Shown here piece by piece: positions 1-9,247 of a stretch of 64,000 bases of DNA (positions are counted from its first letter, which is position 1; each line of letters begins with the position of its first letter). The notes under the pieces are model-generated. The model made no database searches and had not been told where the DNA came from. It was given only the letters and a program-made list of their open reading frames with translations. A program made the translations under genes and the position numbers. The stretch comes from an uncultured Spirochaetales bacterium (GTDB taxonomy: Bacteria; Myxococcota_A; UBA9160; UBA6930): positions 2,978 to 66,977 of the forward strand of contig CAZCTH010000008.1 in the NCBI GenBank assembly GCA_964501435.1, given 5' to 3'.

Positions 1-564
1 GCCGTTGAGCAGCTTCGCCGCGAAGCCGACGCCGAGGCCGGTGAACACGGTCTTCGCGCTGGTGCCGCCCTTCTCGCCGGCGATGAGCACCTCGGCGCAG
101 GCGGTGCCTTCGGGGAAGGCGAGCTTGCCGTGCTCGAGCGCGACCAGGCCGCGGCGCAGCGGGATCATCATCAGGATGCCGAGCAGCCCGCCGAGCAGCG
201 CGATCGTCATGATGCGCGGCAGCTCCATGTCGAAGCCGAGCGTCATCAGCGCGGGCATCGTCACCGCGACGCCGAACGCGATCGACTCGCCGGCCGAGCC
301 CGCGGTCTGCACGACGTTGTTCTCGAGGATCGTCGCGCGCCGGAGTCCGAACGCGCCCTGCAGCCAGCGGAAGATCGAGATCGACATCACCGCGACGGGG
401 ATCGACGCGCTCACCGTGAGGCCCGTCTTCAACGCGAGATAGAGCGACGCGGTGCCGAACAGGATGCCGAGCACGGTGCCGAGCAGGATCGGCAGCAGCG
501 TGAGCTCGGCGACCGAGCGCTCCGCGGGGACGAAGGGGTGGTGCGTCGGCAGGGGCTCGCTCAT
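1..564 (-). CDS. OPT family oligopeptide transporter, N-terminal part (gene runs out of the window start)
   Basis: The reverse strand from ATG at 564-562 reads MSEPLPTHHPFVPAERSVAELTLLPILLGTVLGILFGTASLYLALKTGLTVSASIPVAVMSISIFRWL... It is a multi-TM hydrophobic sequence typical of OPT transporter N-termini and stays open to position 1. It is missing from the ORF track because no stop lies in the window. Plus-strand ORFs 5..442 and 130..1032 are Arg-rich antisense artefacts. Confidence 0.7.
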   Translation of the reverse strand, partial: MSEPLPTHHPFVPAERSVAELTLLPILLGTVLGILFGTASLYLALKTGLTVSASIPVAVMSISIFRWLQGAFGLRRATILENNVVQTAGSAGESIAFGVAVTMPALMTLGFDMELPRIMTIALLGGLLGILMMIPLRRGLVALEHGKLAFPEGTACAEVLIAGEKGGTSAKTVFTGLGVGFAAKLLNG

Positions 565-643
565 GTCGCATCGGCTCCGTGGGGCCGGCGCACTCTACCC
601 GCGTCGCATGCTTCCCGGGCGCGGAATCGCGCGCGGCGCCGCG

Positions 644-1768
644 TCAGGCGGCCTGGCGCGCGCGCCAACGCGCGAGCGCGAGGCGCTGCTGCGCGAGCCC
701 GAGGACGGCGCCGGCGTCGTGCGCCTCGCGCGGCAGCGCGGCGAGGCCGAAGACGATGCGCAGGGCGACCGGCTCGCGGATGCCGCCGCGGCTCAGCGCG
801 ATCGTGTCGAGCTCGTCGCGAATGCGCTCGAGCCGGCGCTCTACGCCGGGATGGTCGGTGTCGAGCAGCGCCAGCGAGAACTCGTCGGGCCCCGTGCGGC
901 CGAGCAAGTCGGTCGCGCGGAAGCGGTCGACCAGCACGCTCGCGAGCCAGCGCATCAGCGCGTCGGCGAACGCGGGGCCGTGTACGTCGCGGATCACGCG
1001 CAAGGCGGAGAACTCGATCTTGGCGAGCATGATCGGGCGCGTCGGGCCGCGCCCCTTCTGCTGCGCGCCGCGCAGGCAGCGCTCGAACGCGAGGGCGTGC
1101 AGCGCGCCGCTCGCGCCGTCGAGGATGGCGAGGCGCTGGATGTGCTGGCCGCGCGCGGCGGCGAGCGTGCTCGCGACGCCCGCACCGGCGGTCGCGACGA
1201 GCGCGGGCGCGGCGCCTGCGGCTGCGTTTCCGCCGAACGCGTAGAGGCTGCCGATCGAGAACAGGGCGACGCCGCTCGCCCCAGCGCACAGCCTCGGATC
1301 GGAGCGCGTCGCGAGCGCGGCGAGGATCGCGATCACGACCGCGAGCGCGTGCAGCGGGTCGACGCGCAGCGCGGCGGGTCCGAGCGTCTCCCAGGCGACG
1401 CCGCTCAGCGCGATCGCGTAGAGCGCGCAGGCGCCGAGCACCGCCAGCGGATGCGCGCGGGCGTCTTCGCCGGACTCGAGCCGCGCGGCGACGATCAGGC
1501 CGGCGAGCAGCGAGCTGAAGATCGCCCAGCGCGCGATGGCGCCGGCGGGCAGCCACGCGAAGCAGAGCGGCAGCGTGAGCAGCGCGATCACCGCGACGTG
1601 GGCCTGGCTGCGGTCCGCGGTCGCGGCGGCGAGCAGCGCGTCTTCGGGCGATCCGGTGAGGAAGCGCTTGAGCGCGCGCTGCGTTCGCGCCCATAATGCG
1701 CGCGGCCGCTCGGCCGTCGCGAGTGCGAAGTCCCAGCTCGAGTTCAGTCGGTCGGCCACCGGCGTCAT
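644..1768 (-). CDS. membrane-anchored protein with a degenerate GGDEF (diguanylate-cyclase-like) domain
   Basis: This is the C-terminal 374 codons of ORF 644..4162 (-), with the start at ATG 1768 (in frame; 4162-1768 is divisible by 3). The N-terminal ~200 aa are hydrophobic, with several TM helices. The C-terminus reads ...DLLGRTGPDEFSLALLDTD..., a GGDEF-like fold with GPDEF in place of GGDEF. Confidence 0.6.
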   Translation of the reverse strand: MTPVADRLNSSWDFALATAERPRALWARTQRALKRFLTGSPEDALLAAATADRSQAHVAVIALLTLPLCFAWLPAGAIARWAIFSSLLAGLIVAARLESGEDARAHPLAVLGACALYAIALSGVAWETLGPAALRVDPLHALAVVIAILAALATRSDPRLCAGASGVALFSIGSLYAFGGNAAAGAAPALVATAGAGVASTLAAARGQHIQRLAILDGASGALHALAFERCLRGAQQKGRGPTRPIMLAKIEFSALRVIRDVHGPAFADALMRWLASVLVDRFRATDLLGRTGPDEFSLALLDTDHPGVERRLERIRDELDTIALSRGGIREPVALRIVFGLAALPREAHDAGAVLGLAQQRLALARWRARQAA

Positions 1769-1846
1769 GCCCCACTTTCGGTCGGCCCGGCGGGCGGCTT
1801 GACGCGAGCGCTCGGCGCTTGGCGCCCGGGCGAGAGGAGAGCTGCG

Positions 1847-4120
1847 TTGAAGCGAATCGGCGGATGGGTGCTGGCGGTCGTGCTCGGGGTCGCGGCGGTG
1901 CTGTTCGTGGCGGGCAAGGGCTGGCTCGGCAGTCCCGAGAAGCCCGGGACGCCGCGCGGAGCCGCGCGCGGCGCCGCGCAGGTGGTGGCGGAGGAGGCGC
2001 GCGTCGCGAGCGCGGCCGAGGCCCTCGCGGTGCCGGAGGCGAAGCAGATCCTGTTCGGCGACCTCCACGTCCACACGACGTTCTCGTTCGACGCCTTCAT
2101 GCTCAGCATGCCCGCCATGGTGGGCGAGGGCGCGCACCCTCCGGCCGACGCCTGCGACTTCGCGCGCCACTGCTCGGCGCTCGACTTCTGGTCGATCAAC
2201 GACCACGCCGAGGGGCTGACGCGGTCGAACTGGCTCGACACCGTCGCGTCGGTGCGGCAGTGCAACGCGATCGCGGGCGAGGGCGCGCGGCCCGACACGG
2301 TCGCGTTCCTCGGCTGGGAGTGGACGCAGATCGGCGGCACGCCCGCCGATCACTACGGGCACAAGAACGTGGTGCTGCGCGGGCTCGGCGAGGGCGAAGT
2401 CCCCACGCGCCCGATCGCGGCGGGCGGCCGCGCGCTGCAGATCCGGCAGAGCGGCGGCCCGTCCTTCTTGCAGCGCAGCGTCGCCGCGCTCACGGGCGGC
2501 CACTCGCGCTACCGCGACCTCGCGCGCTACTTCGCGGACCGCGACGCGAGCGCGTTCTGCCCGAAGGGCGTGGCCGTGCGCGACCTGCCCGCGGACTGCG
2601 TCGAGGTCGCGGACACGCCGGCGGAGCTGTTCGACAAGCTCGACGACTGGGGCTTCGACTCGATCGTGATCCCGCACGGCACCACGTGGGGGTTCTACAC
2701 GCCGCCGGGCTCCCAGTGGGACAAGCAGCTCGCGGGCCGCATGCACGATGAGGATCGTCAGACGCTCCTCGAGATCTTCTCGGGGCACGGCGACTCGGAG
2801 AAGTACCGCGACTTCCGCGACGTCGAATTCGACGCGGAGGGGAACGCCGTCTGTCCGCCCGAGCAGCCGGACTACCTGCCGACCTGCGTGCGTGCGGGCG
2901 AGATCATCCGCGAGCGCTGCCTCGCGGAAGGCGCGAGCGCGGAGGCGTGCGACGAGCGCGCCGCGAAGACGCGCGCGCTCGCGGCCGCGGCCGGCGGCGC
3001 GGCGCACCTCGTGGTCGACGGCGAGTCTGCCGCGGAGTGGCGCGACGCCGGGCAGTGCCGCGATTGCGACCAGCCCGCATTCAACTACCGGCCCGGCGGC
3101 GCGGCGCAGTACATCGCCGCGCTCGGCAACTTCGACGACGACCCGACGCATCCGCGCCGCTTCCGCTTCGGTTTCATAGCGGCGAGCGACAATCACTTCG
3201 CGCGCCCGGGCACGGGCTTCAAGCAGAAGAATCGCCGCGGCAACACCGAGTCGAACGGCGAGCCGGTGACCGGGATCCTCGCCGCGCAGCAGACGGCCGC
3301 ACCGCGGGCGCCCTCGGCGCAGCCGCGGCCCTTCGACCCCGCCGGCTACTCCGGCTTCCAGCTCACCGAGTTCGAGCGTCAGGCGTCCTACTTCATGATG
3401 GGCGGCCTCACCGCGGTGCACGCGGAAGGCCGCGACCGCGATGCGGTGTGGGCTGCGCTCGAGCGCCGCGAGGTGTACGGCACGACGGGGCAACGCACGC
3501 TGCTGTGGTTCGACCTCGTGAACGCGCCGGGCGGCCCCGCGCCGATGGGCGCGCAGCGCACGCTGTCCGAGGCGCCGCAGTTCCGCGTGCGCGCCGCGGG
3601 CGCGTTCGAGCAGAAGCCCGGCTGCCCCGAAGAATCCGTCTCGGCGCTGGGCCCCGACGGCGTCGAGCGGCTGTGCAAGGGGGAGTGCCACAACCCGAGC
3701 GACGTGCGGCGCCCGATCACGCGCGTCGAGATCGTTCGCATCCGCCCGCAGCGCGCGCCGGGCGAAGCGGTCGCCGGTCTGATCGACGATCCGTTCCTCG
3801 TGCTTCCGTGCAGCGGAGATCCTGCCGGCTGCAGCGTCGAGTTCTCGGATCCGGAGTTCCCGACACTCGGGCGCGAGGCGCTCTACTACGCGCGCGTGTA
3901 CGAGGCGCCGGACGAAGCCATCAACGCGGGGGGCATCCGCTGCGAGCGCGATGAGTCGGGCCAGTGCAAGAAGGCGCAGCTCTGCCCCGGCCCCGACGGC
4001 GTAATGGACGACTGCCTCGCGCCGCGCGAGCCGCGCGCGTGGTCGTCCCCCATCTACTTGACCTGGGCGCCCCCGGTCGCGGGGCAGACGACCGCAGTCG
4101 CTGCGGCGACTGCGGACTGA
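1847..4120 (+). CDS. DUF3604-type protein (PHP-like metal-dependent phosphoesterase fold), membrane-anchored or periplasmic; paralog 1
   Basis: ORF 1799..4120. The likely start is TTG 1847, preceded by AGGAGA, giving the TM/signal segment KRIGGWVLAVVLGVAAVLFVAG. Motifs include ILFGDLHVHTTFSFDA, FWSINDHAE and IPHGTTWG, and the C-terminal half is Cys-rich. It is collinear with 6999..9221. Confidence 0.8.
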   Translation: MKRIGGWVLAVVLGVAAVLFVAGKGWLGSPEKPGTPRGAARGAAQVVAEEARVASAAEALAVPEAKQILFGDLHVHTTFSFDAFMLSMPAMVGEGAHPPADACDFARHCSALDFWSINDHAEGLTRSNWLDTVASVRQCNAIAGEGARPDTVAFLGWEWTQIGGTPADHYGHKNVVLRGLGEGEVPTRPIAAGGRALQIRQSGGPSFLQRSVAALTGGHSRYRDLARYFADRDASAFCPKGVAVRDLPADCVEVADTPAELFDKLDDWGFDSIVIPHGTTWGFYTPPGSQWDKQLAGRMHDEDRQTLLEIFSGHGDSEKYRDFRDVEFDAEGNAVCPPEQPDYLPTCVRAGEIIRERCLAEGASAEACDERAAKTRALAAAAGGAAHLVVDGESAAEWRDAGQCRDCDQPAFNYRPGGAAQYIAALGNFDDDPTHPRRFRFGFIAASDNHFARPGTGFKQKNRRGNTESNGEPVTGILAAQQTAAPRAPSAQPRPFDPAGYSGFQLTEFERQASYFMMGGLTAVHAEGRDRDAVWAALERREVYGTTGQRTLLWFDLVNAPGGPAPMGAQRTLSEAPQFRVRAAGAFEQKPGCPEESVSALGPDGVERLCKGECHNPSDVRRPITRVEIVRIRPQRAPGEAVAGLIDDPFLVLPCSGDPAGCSVEFSDPEFPTLGREALYYARVYEAPDEAINAGGIRCERDESGQCKKAQLCPGPDGVMDDCLAPREPRAWSSPIYLTWAPPVAGQTTAVAAATAD

Positions 4121-4260
4121 CGCGGAGTCAACGCCCACCCCGAGCGTTTTCCCCCTTCCCACGCGAAACGAGTGCGCTCACAATGGCACGCCCTCGCGAG
4201 GCCCGCGGTCCGCCCGCGCGTCGCGAGGTCGAGTTCGGTGCCGCTCACAAGGAGACCTGC

Positions 4261-6882
4261 ATGCTCGCGCCCCACACGTCCTCGCGCTTCGTCTGCGCGC
4301 TCGCGCTCTGCGCCGCGCTGGCCTCTCCGCTGTCCGCGCAGGAGACCGCGCCGGCCGCCGAGGAGCCGGCTGCCGCGGGCGGGACCGGCAGCTTCGAGGA
4401 AGAGATCGTCATCACGGCGACCAAGCGCTCGCAGAGCGTGCAGGAGGTTCCGATCGCGGTCACCGCGATCACGGCGGAAGGCCTCCAGGCGCGCGGCATC
4501 GCGGACGTAAAGGACATCCAGCAGGCTGCGCCGAGCCTCGTCGTCACCGACTCGAACAGCACGACCAACGGCGGCGTGATCCGCATTCGCGGCGTCGGCA
4601 CGTCCGGCAACAACCCCGGCCTCGAGTCCGCGGTGGGCTCGTTCATCGACGGCGTCTACCGCAGCCGCGCCGGCCTCGCGATGCAGGACCTGATCGACGT
4701 CGAACGCGTCGAGATCCTGCGCGGCCCGCAGGGCACGTTGTTCGGCAAGAACACGTCCGCGGGCCTCGTGCACATCATCACGAAGCAGCCCGAGTTCGAG
4801 TGGGGCGGCCACCTGCAGGCCACCGTCGGCAACTACGACATGCGCAAGGTGCAGGGCAGCGTGACGGGCCCGATCCTCGACGGCGTGCTCGCCTTCCGGC
4901 TCGCCGGCTCGACCCACGTGCGCGACGGTTATTACGACGACATCGACACGAAGGACACCTTCGCGGATCGCGACCGCTGGGCGCTGAAGGGGCAGTTCCT
5001 CTGGACCCCCACCGAAGCCTTCGACGTCCGCTTCATCGCCGACTACACGAAGATGCGCGAGCACTGCTGCCCGGCGGTACAGACGCTGGTGGGCGCGAAC
5101 GGCAACTTGCTGCAGGGCCTCGGCGCGACCTTCCCCGGCGCGACGATCTGGAACGGCTCGGCGCTGGTCGGCAAGCAGGACCGCGACGAGCTCAGCGTCG
5201 GCACGAACGACGACCCGGTCGAGGACGTGGACGACTGGGGTCTCTCCGCCGAAGCAAACTGGGATCTCGACGTGGTGAAGGTGAAGTCGATCCTCGCGCA
5301 CCGGCAGACAGACATCTTCCGCACCCAGGACATCGACTTCACGAACGTCGACGTGCTCTCGCCCGGCGACACCGACGAGAAGTGGGAGAACTGGAGCCTC
5401 GAGTTCCAGGTGGGCGGCACGCTCGAGCAGGCGTTCGACCTCGACTGGCTGATCGGCTGGTACGGCTACTCGGAAGACCTCCGCAATGCGAGCGAGGTGC
5501 TCCTCGGCTCGGCGGCCGGCCAGTACATCGACCTCCAGGTCCGGCGCCAAGCAACGATCCCGGGCTACGCCTCGCGCTTCGGCGACGGGGAGGGTCGCTC
5601 CTCGGTCCACAGCCAGGACTCGAAGGGCTGGTCGATCTTCACCCACAACATCTTCCACCCGACCGATCGGCTCTCGCTCACCCTCGGCGCGCGCTACGGC
5701 TGGGAGCGCAAGGAAGGCTCCGGCATCCACCTCGGCGCCGCGCCGGGACAGCTCTCGAGTGCGCCGTACTGCGATCGCTCGACGACGTTTCCGAACACGC
5801 CGCTCGGCGGCGCGCTCGCGACGGCGCTCGCGCAGTCGCTGCGCCAGAACCTCACGAACACCTGCGACAACTTCAGCTGGGCCGGCGCGTTCGAAAAGCG
5901 CAACTGGAGCGGGACGGTGCAGCTAGGGTACGCGTTCACCGACGACATCAACGCCTACGGGAGCGTGTCGCGCGGCTACAAGGCCGGCGGCTTCAATCTC
6001 GACGCCGATGCATTCAATTGCGAAGTCGTCGACGCCGCGCGCGTCGCACAGCCGGTGGGCACGGTGCTGTCGGGGTCTGCGGCGAACGGCGTGTGGTGCC
6101 GCCCGAAGGACCTGACCACGTTCGATCCGGAAGAGTCGTGGAACTACGAGCTCGGCCTGAAGACGCAGGTCTTCGACGGGCGTGTCACCGCGAACCTCGC
6201 GCTCTTCTGGACCAACTTCGGCGACTTCCAGCTGAACACTTTTACTGGGCTCGGCTTCATCATCGACAACGTCGAGGAAGTGATCTCGCGTGGAGCAGAG
6301 CTCGAGGTGACCGCGTACCCGTGGGACGGCGTGATCTCCACGCTCTCGTTCACCTACGCTGACACGAAGTACGGCGACGGCATCGATTCCTGCTTCCAGC
6401 TCCAGTATCCGGACCTGTCGGTAAACCGCTGCCCGGACTGGGCTGCGACGGGCGGGCTCGACACGTTGCCCGGCGGAACCGGCAGCGGCGCTTTTTTCCC
6501 GAACGACAACCTCGCTGCCGGCCGCCGCATTCCGCAGGCCTCCGACTGGACGGCGAGCCTCAGCGTCAACGTGATGAAGCCGCTCTTCGACACGGGCTGG
6601 TCCTGGTACACCGGCGGCAACTTTTACTACCGCGGCGACTACGAGAGCAGCTCCGACCTCGATCCGCGCAAGTCGCAGGACGCGTACATCAAGCTGAACC
6701 TGCAGGCCGGCGTGCGCTCACCGGGCGACCGCTTCGACATCCAGGCGTGGGCCAACAACGTGACGAATGAGATCGTCACGACTGGCTACTTCGACTCGGT
6801 GTTCCAGGGCGGGAGCATCAGCGCCTTCCGCCAGCCGCCGCGCATGTACGGCGTGACGGCCACCTACCACTTCGGCGAGTAG
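4261..6882 (+). CDS. TonB-dependent receptor
   Basis: ORF 3964..6882 trimmed to ATG 4261, which follows AAGGAGA. The signal peptide is MLAPHTSSRFVCALALCAALASPLSAQE. A plug domain (EEEIVITATKRSQSVQEVPIAVTAI...VIRIRGVGTSG) is followed by a long beta-barrel region with aromatic-rich alternating strands running to the C-terminus. Confidence 0.9.
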   Translation: MLAPHTSSRFVCALALCAALASPLSAQETAPAAEEPAAAGGTGSFEEEIVITATKRSQSVQEVPIAVTAITAEGLQARGIADVKDIQQAAPSLVVTDSNSTTNGGVIRIRGVGTSGNNPGLESAVGSFIDGVYRSRAGLAMQDLIDVERVEILRGPQGTLFGKNTSAGLVHIITKQPEFEWGGHLQATVGNYDMRKVQGSVTGPILDGVLAFRLAGSTHVRDGYYDDIDTKDTFADRDRWALKGQFLWTPTEAFDVRFIADYTKMREHCCPAVQTLVGANGNLLQGLGATFPGATIWNGSALVGKQDRDELSVGTNDDPVEDVDDWGLSAEANWDLDVVKVKSILAHRQTDIFRTQDIDFTNVDVLSPGDTDEKWENWSLEFQVGGTLEQAFDLDWLIGWYGYSEDLRNASEVLLGSAAGQYIDLQVRRQATIPGYASRFGDGEGRSSVHSQDSKGWSIFTHNIFHPTDRLSLTLGARYGWERKEGSGIHLGAAPGQLSSAPYCDRSTTFPNTPLGGALATALAQSLRQNLTNTCDNFSWAGAFEKRNWSGTVQLGYAFTDDINAYGSVSRGYKAGGFNLDADAFNCEVVDAARVAQPVGTVLSGSAANGVWCRPKDLTTFDPEESWNYELGLKTQVFDGRVTANLALFWTNFGDFQLNTFTGLGFIIDNVEEVISRGAELEVTAYPWDGVISTLSFTYADTKYGDGIDSCFQLQYPDLSVNRCPDWAATGGLDTLPGGTGSGAFFPNDNLAAGRRIPQASDWTASLSVNVMKPLFDTGWSWYTGGNFYYRGDYESSSDLDPRKSQDAYIKLNLQAGVRSPGDRFDIQAWANNVTNEIVTTGYFDSVFQGGSISAFRQPPRMYGVTATYHFGE

Positions 6883-6885
6883 CGA

Positions 6886-6902
6886 GCGCCGCGAAGCGGC
6901 GC
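6886..6902 (+). terminator. GC-rich stem-loop directly after the TonB-dependent receptor stop codon
   Basis: GCGCCGC-GAA-GCGGCGC, a 7-bp perfect stem with a 3-nt loop, starts 4 nt after TAG 6880-6882. There is no U-tract, which is common in GC-rich genomes. Confidence 0.35.
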
Positions 6903-6998
6903 ATGGGAATCGATTCGACCTGCGGCGGTTTCGTGCGCTCGTTCGCTGTCGCGCGCAGCGTGCGAGCCGTGGCACGCTAGCCGCGCTCGAGGAGCCCC

Positions 6999-9221
6999 AT
7001 GCGCAAGCTCGTCATCGCGTTGCTCTCCGTCGTCGTGGTGGCCGCGCTCGCCGGGCTCGTCGTGCGCGAGGCCGGGCTCGGGCGCTTCGGGGCGCGCGAG
7101 CAAGCCGGCACGCCGCGCACGGCGCGCCGTGCCGTAGCGCCGCCGGCGACGCCCGGTGCGAAGCAGATCCTGTTCGGCGACCTCCACGTCCACACGACGT
7201 TCTCCGACGACGCGTTCACGTTCAGCCTGCCCGCCCTGGGCGGCGAGGGCGCGCATCCTCCGGCGGACGCCTGCGACTTCGCCCGCTTCTGCTCGGCGCT
7301 CGACTTCTGGTCGATCAACGACCACGCCGAGCGGCTGACGCCCCACCACTGGACCGAGATCGTGGGCTCGATCCGCGCGTGCAACGCGTCGACCGACCCC
7401 GTGAACCCCGACACGGTCGCGTTCCTCGGCTGGGAGTGGACGCAGATCGGCGACACGCCCGAGAACCACTACGGGCACAAGAACGTGGTGCTCGCGCACC
7501 TCGACGACGCGCGGATTCCCGCGCGCCCGATCGGCGCCGAGCGGCCCGCGTCGCGGCAGCTCGTGGCGGCGCCGGTGCTCGCGCGCGGCGTCGCCGCGCT
7601 CAGCGAGGGCGGCCGCTTCCACGACTTCGCGCGCTATCAGGCCGACGTCGAGGCGACTGCAATCTGCAAGAAGGGCGTGCCCGAGCGCGAGCTGCCGCAG
7701 GACTGCATCGAGCTCGCGGCGACGCCCGCGGAGCTGTTCGCGAAGCTCGACGACTGGGGGCACGACGCGATCGTGATCCCGCACGGCACCACGTGGGGCA
7801 TGTACACGCCGCCGGGCTCGAAGTGGGACAAGCAGCTCGTGGGCGCGCAGCACGACGAGCAGCGCCAGACCCTGATCGAGGTGTTCTCGGGCCACGGCGA
7901 CTCCGAGGTCTACCGCGATTGGCAGGAGATCGACTGGGACGCCGACGGCAAGCCCGTGTGCCCGCCCGCACGCGACGACTACTTGCCCTCGTGTCAGCGC
8001 GCCGCCGAGATCGTGCGCGAGCGCTGCACCGCGGCGGGCGAGGGCGCCGAGGAGTGCGAGCGCCGCGCGCAGGAGGCGCGCGCGAACTTCGTCGCCGCGG
8101 GCCTCTCGGGGCATCTCACCGTCCCCGGTGCGACGGCCGAAGACTGGCTCGACGCCGGGCAGTGTCGCGACTGCAAGACGCCGGCGTTCAACTACCGACC
8201 GCGCAGCGCGATGCAGTACATCCTCGCGCTCGGCAACTTCGACGACCCCGCGCATCCGCGCCGCTTCCGGTTCGGCGTGATCGCGGCGAGCGACAACCAC
8301 TTCGCGCGCCCCGGCACCGGCTACAAGCCGATCCGCCTCGGCCACAGCGAGGCGATGAACGGCGCCGCGCGCCCGTCGACCACGGGCATCGTCGCCAGCA
8401 CGATGGCGCCGCCGCAGGTCGCGCCGCAGCCGCGCTCGGTGCCGCTCGATCCCACGGGCCTCAGCGGCTTCCAGCTCTTCGAGACCGAGCGCCAGCAGTC
8501 CTATCTCACGACCGGCGGCCTGACCGCGGTCCACGCCGACGGCCGCGATCGCGACGCGATCTGGCGCGCGCTCCAGCGCCGCGAGGTCTACGGCACGAGC
8601 GGTCACCGCATGCAGCTCTGGTTCGACCTCGTGAATCCGCCCGGCGCCGCGCCCGGCAGTACGCGGCCGATGGGCAGCGAGGTCGTGCTGGCGGACGCCC
8701 CCGTCTTCCAGGTGCGCGCGCTCGGCTCGTTCGAGCAGAAGCCCGGCTGCCCCGACGAGAGCGTCGACGCGCTCGGGCCGGAGGACGTCGCGCGGCTGTG
8801 CCGCGGCGAGTGCCACAACCCGAGCGACGTGCGGCGTCCGATCACGCGGATCGAGATCGTGCGCATCCGCCCGCAGCAGGTGCGCGGCGAGGCGATGGCG
8901 AAGCTGATCGAGGATCCCTGGCTCACCATCGCGTGCGCGCCGAGCGCCGAGGGCTGCACCGCGACCGTGAGCGACCCGGACTTCGCGGGCGTGGGCCGCG
9001 AGACGCTCTACTACGCGCGCGCCTTCGAGGCGCCCACGCCGACGGTGAACGGCGGCGGCGTGCGCTGCGAGCGCGACGCCCAGGGCCGCTGCACCGGCGT
9101 GAGACTCTGCGCCCGCGACGATCCGAGCGAGCAGTGCACGTCGCCGGAGGAGCCGCGCGCGTGGTCGTCGCCGATCTGGGTGAGCCCCGCGCCCGCAGAG
9201 ACCGCCGTCGCCAGCAATTGA
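6999..9221 (+). CDS. DUF3604-type protein (PHP-like fold), paralog 2
   Basis: ORF 6999..9221. The N-terminal TM/signal segment is MRKLVIALLSVVVVAALAGLVV. It carries the same motifs as paralog 1 (ILFGDLHVHTTFSDDA, FWSINDHAE, IPHGTTWG, CRDC..PAFNYRP, GECHNPSDVRRPITR). Confidence 0.85.
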   Translation: MRKLVIALLSVVVVAALAGLVVREAGLGRFGAREQAGTPRTARRAVAPPATPGAKQILFGDLHVHTTFSDDAFTFSLPALGGEGAHPPADACDFARFCSALDFWSINDHAERLTPHHWTEIVGSIRACNASTDPVNPDTVAFLGWEWTQIGDTPENHYGHKNVVLAHLDDARIPARPIGAERPASRQLVAAPVLARGVAALSEGGRFHDFARYQADVEATAICKKGVPERELPQDCIELAATPAELFAKLDDWGHDAIVIPHGTTWGMYTPPGSKWDKQLVGAQHDEQRQTLIEVFSGHGDSEVYRDWQEIDWDADGKPVCPPARDDYLPSCQRAAEIVRERCTAAGEGAEECERRAQEARANFVAAGLSGHLTVPGATAEDWLDAGQCRDCKTPAFNYRPRSAMQYILALGNFDDPAHPRRFRFGVIAASDNHFARPGTGYKPIRLGHSEAMNGAARPSTTGIVASTMAPPQVAPQPRSVPLDPTGLSGFQLFETERQQSYLTTGGLTAVHADGRDRDAIWRALQRREVYGTSGHRMQLWFDLVNPPGAAPGSTRPMGSEVVLADAPVFQVRALGSFEQKPGCPDESVDALGPEDVARLCRGECHNPSDVRRPITRIEIVRIRPQQVRGEAMAKLIEDPWLTIACAPSAEGCTATVSDPDFAGVGRETLYYARAFEAPTPTVNGGGVRCERDAQGRCTGVRLCARDDPSEQCTSPEEPRAWSSPIWVSPAPAETAVASN

Positions 9222-9247
9222 GTCCCAACCCGAGCGAGGAACACCCG

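Noticed and set aside
3964-4260. Upstream extension of the TonB-dependent receptor ORF. Analogous extensions occur in other track ORFs (7379.. for the hydratase, 10196.. for the flavoprotein, 42500.. for DevC, 45066.. for SPFH, 46707.. for P450, 50775.. for SDR, 56934.. for P450).
   Set aside because: The extensions overlap the preceding gene in another frame and are Arg-rich. In each case an internal ATG or GTG with an SD motif, a signal peptide or a 4-nt start/stop overlap gives a protein of normal family length.
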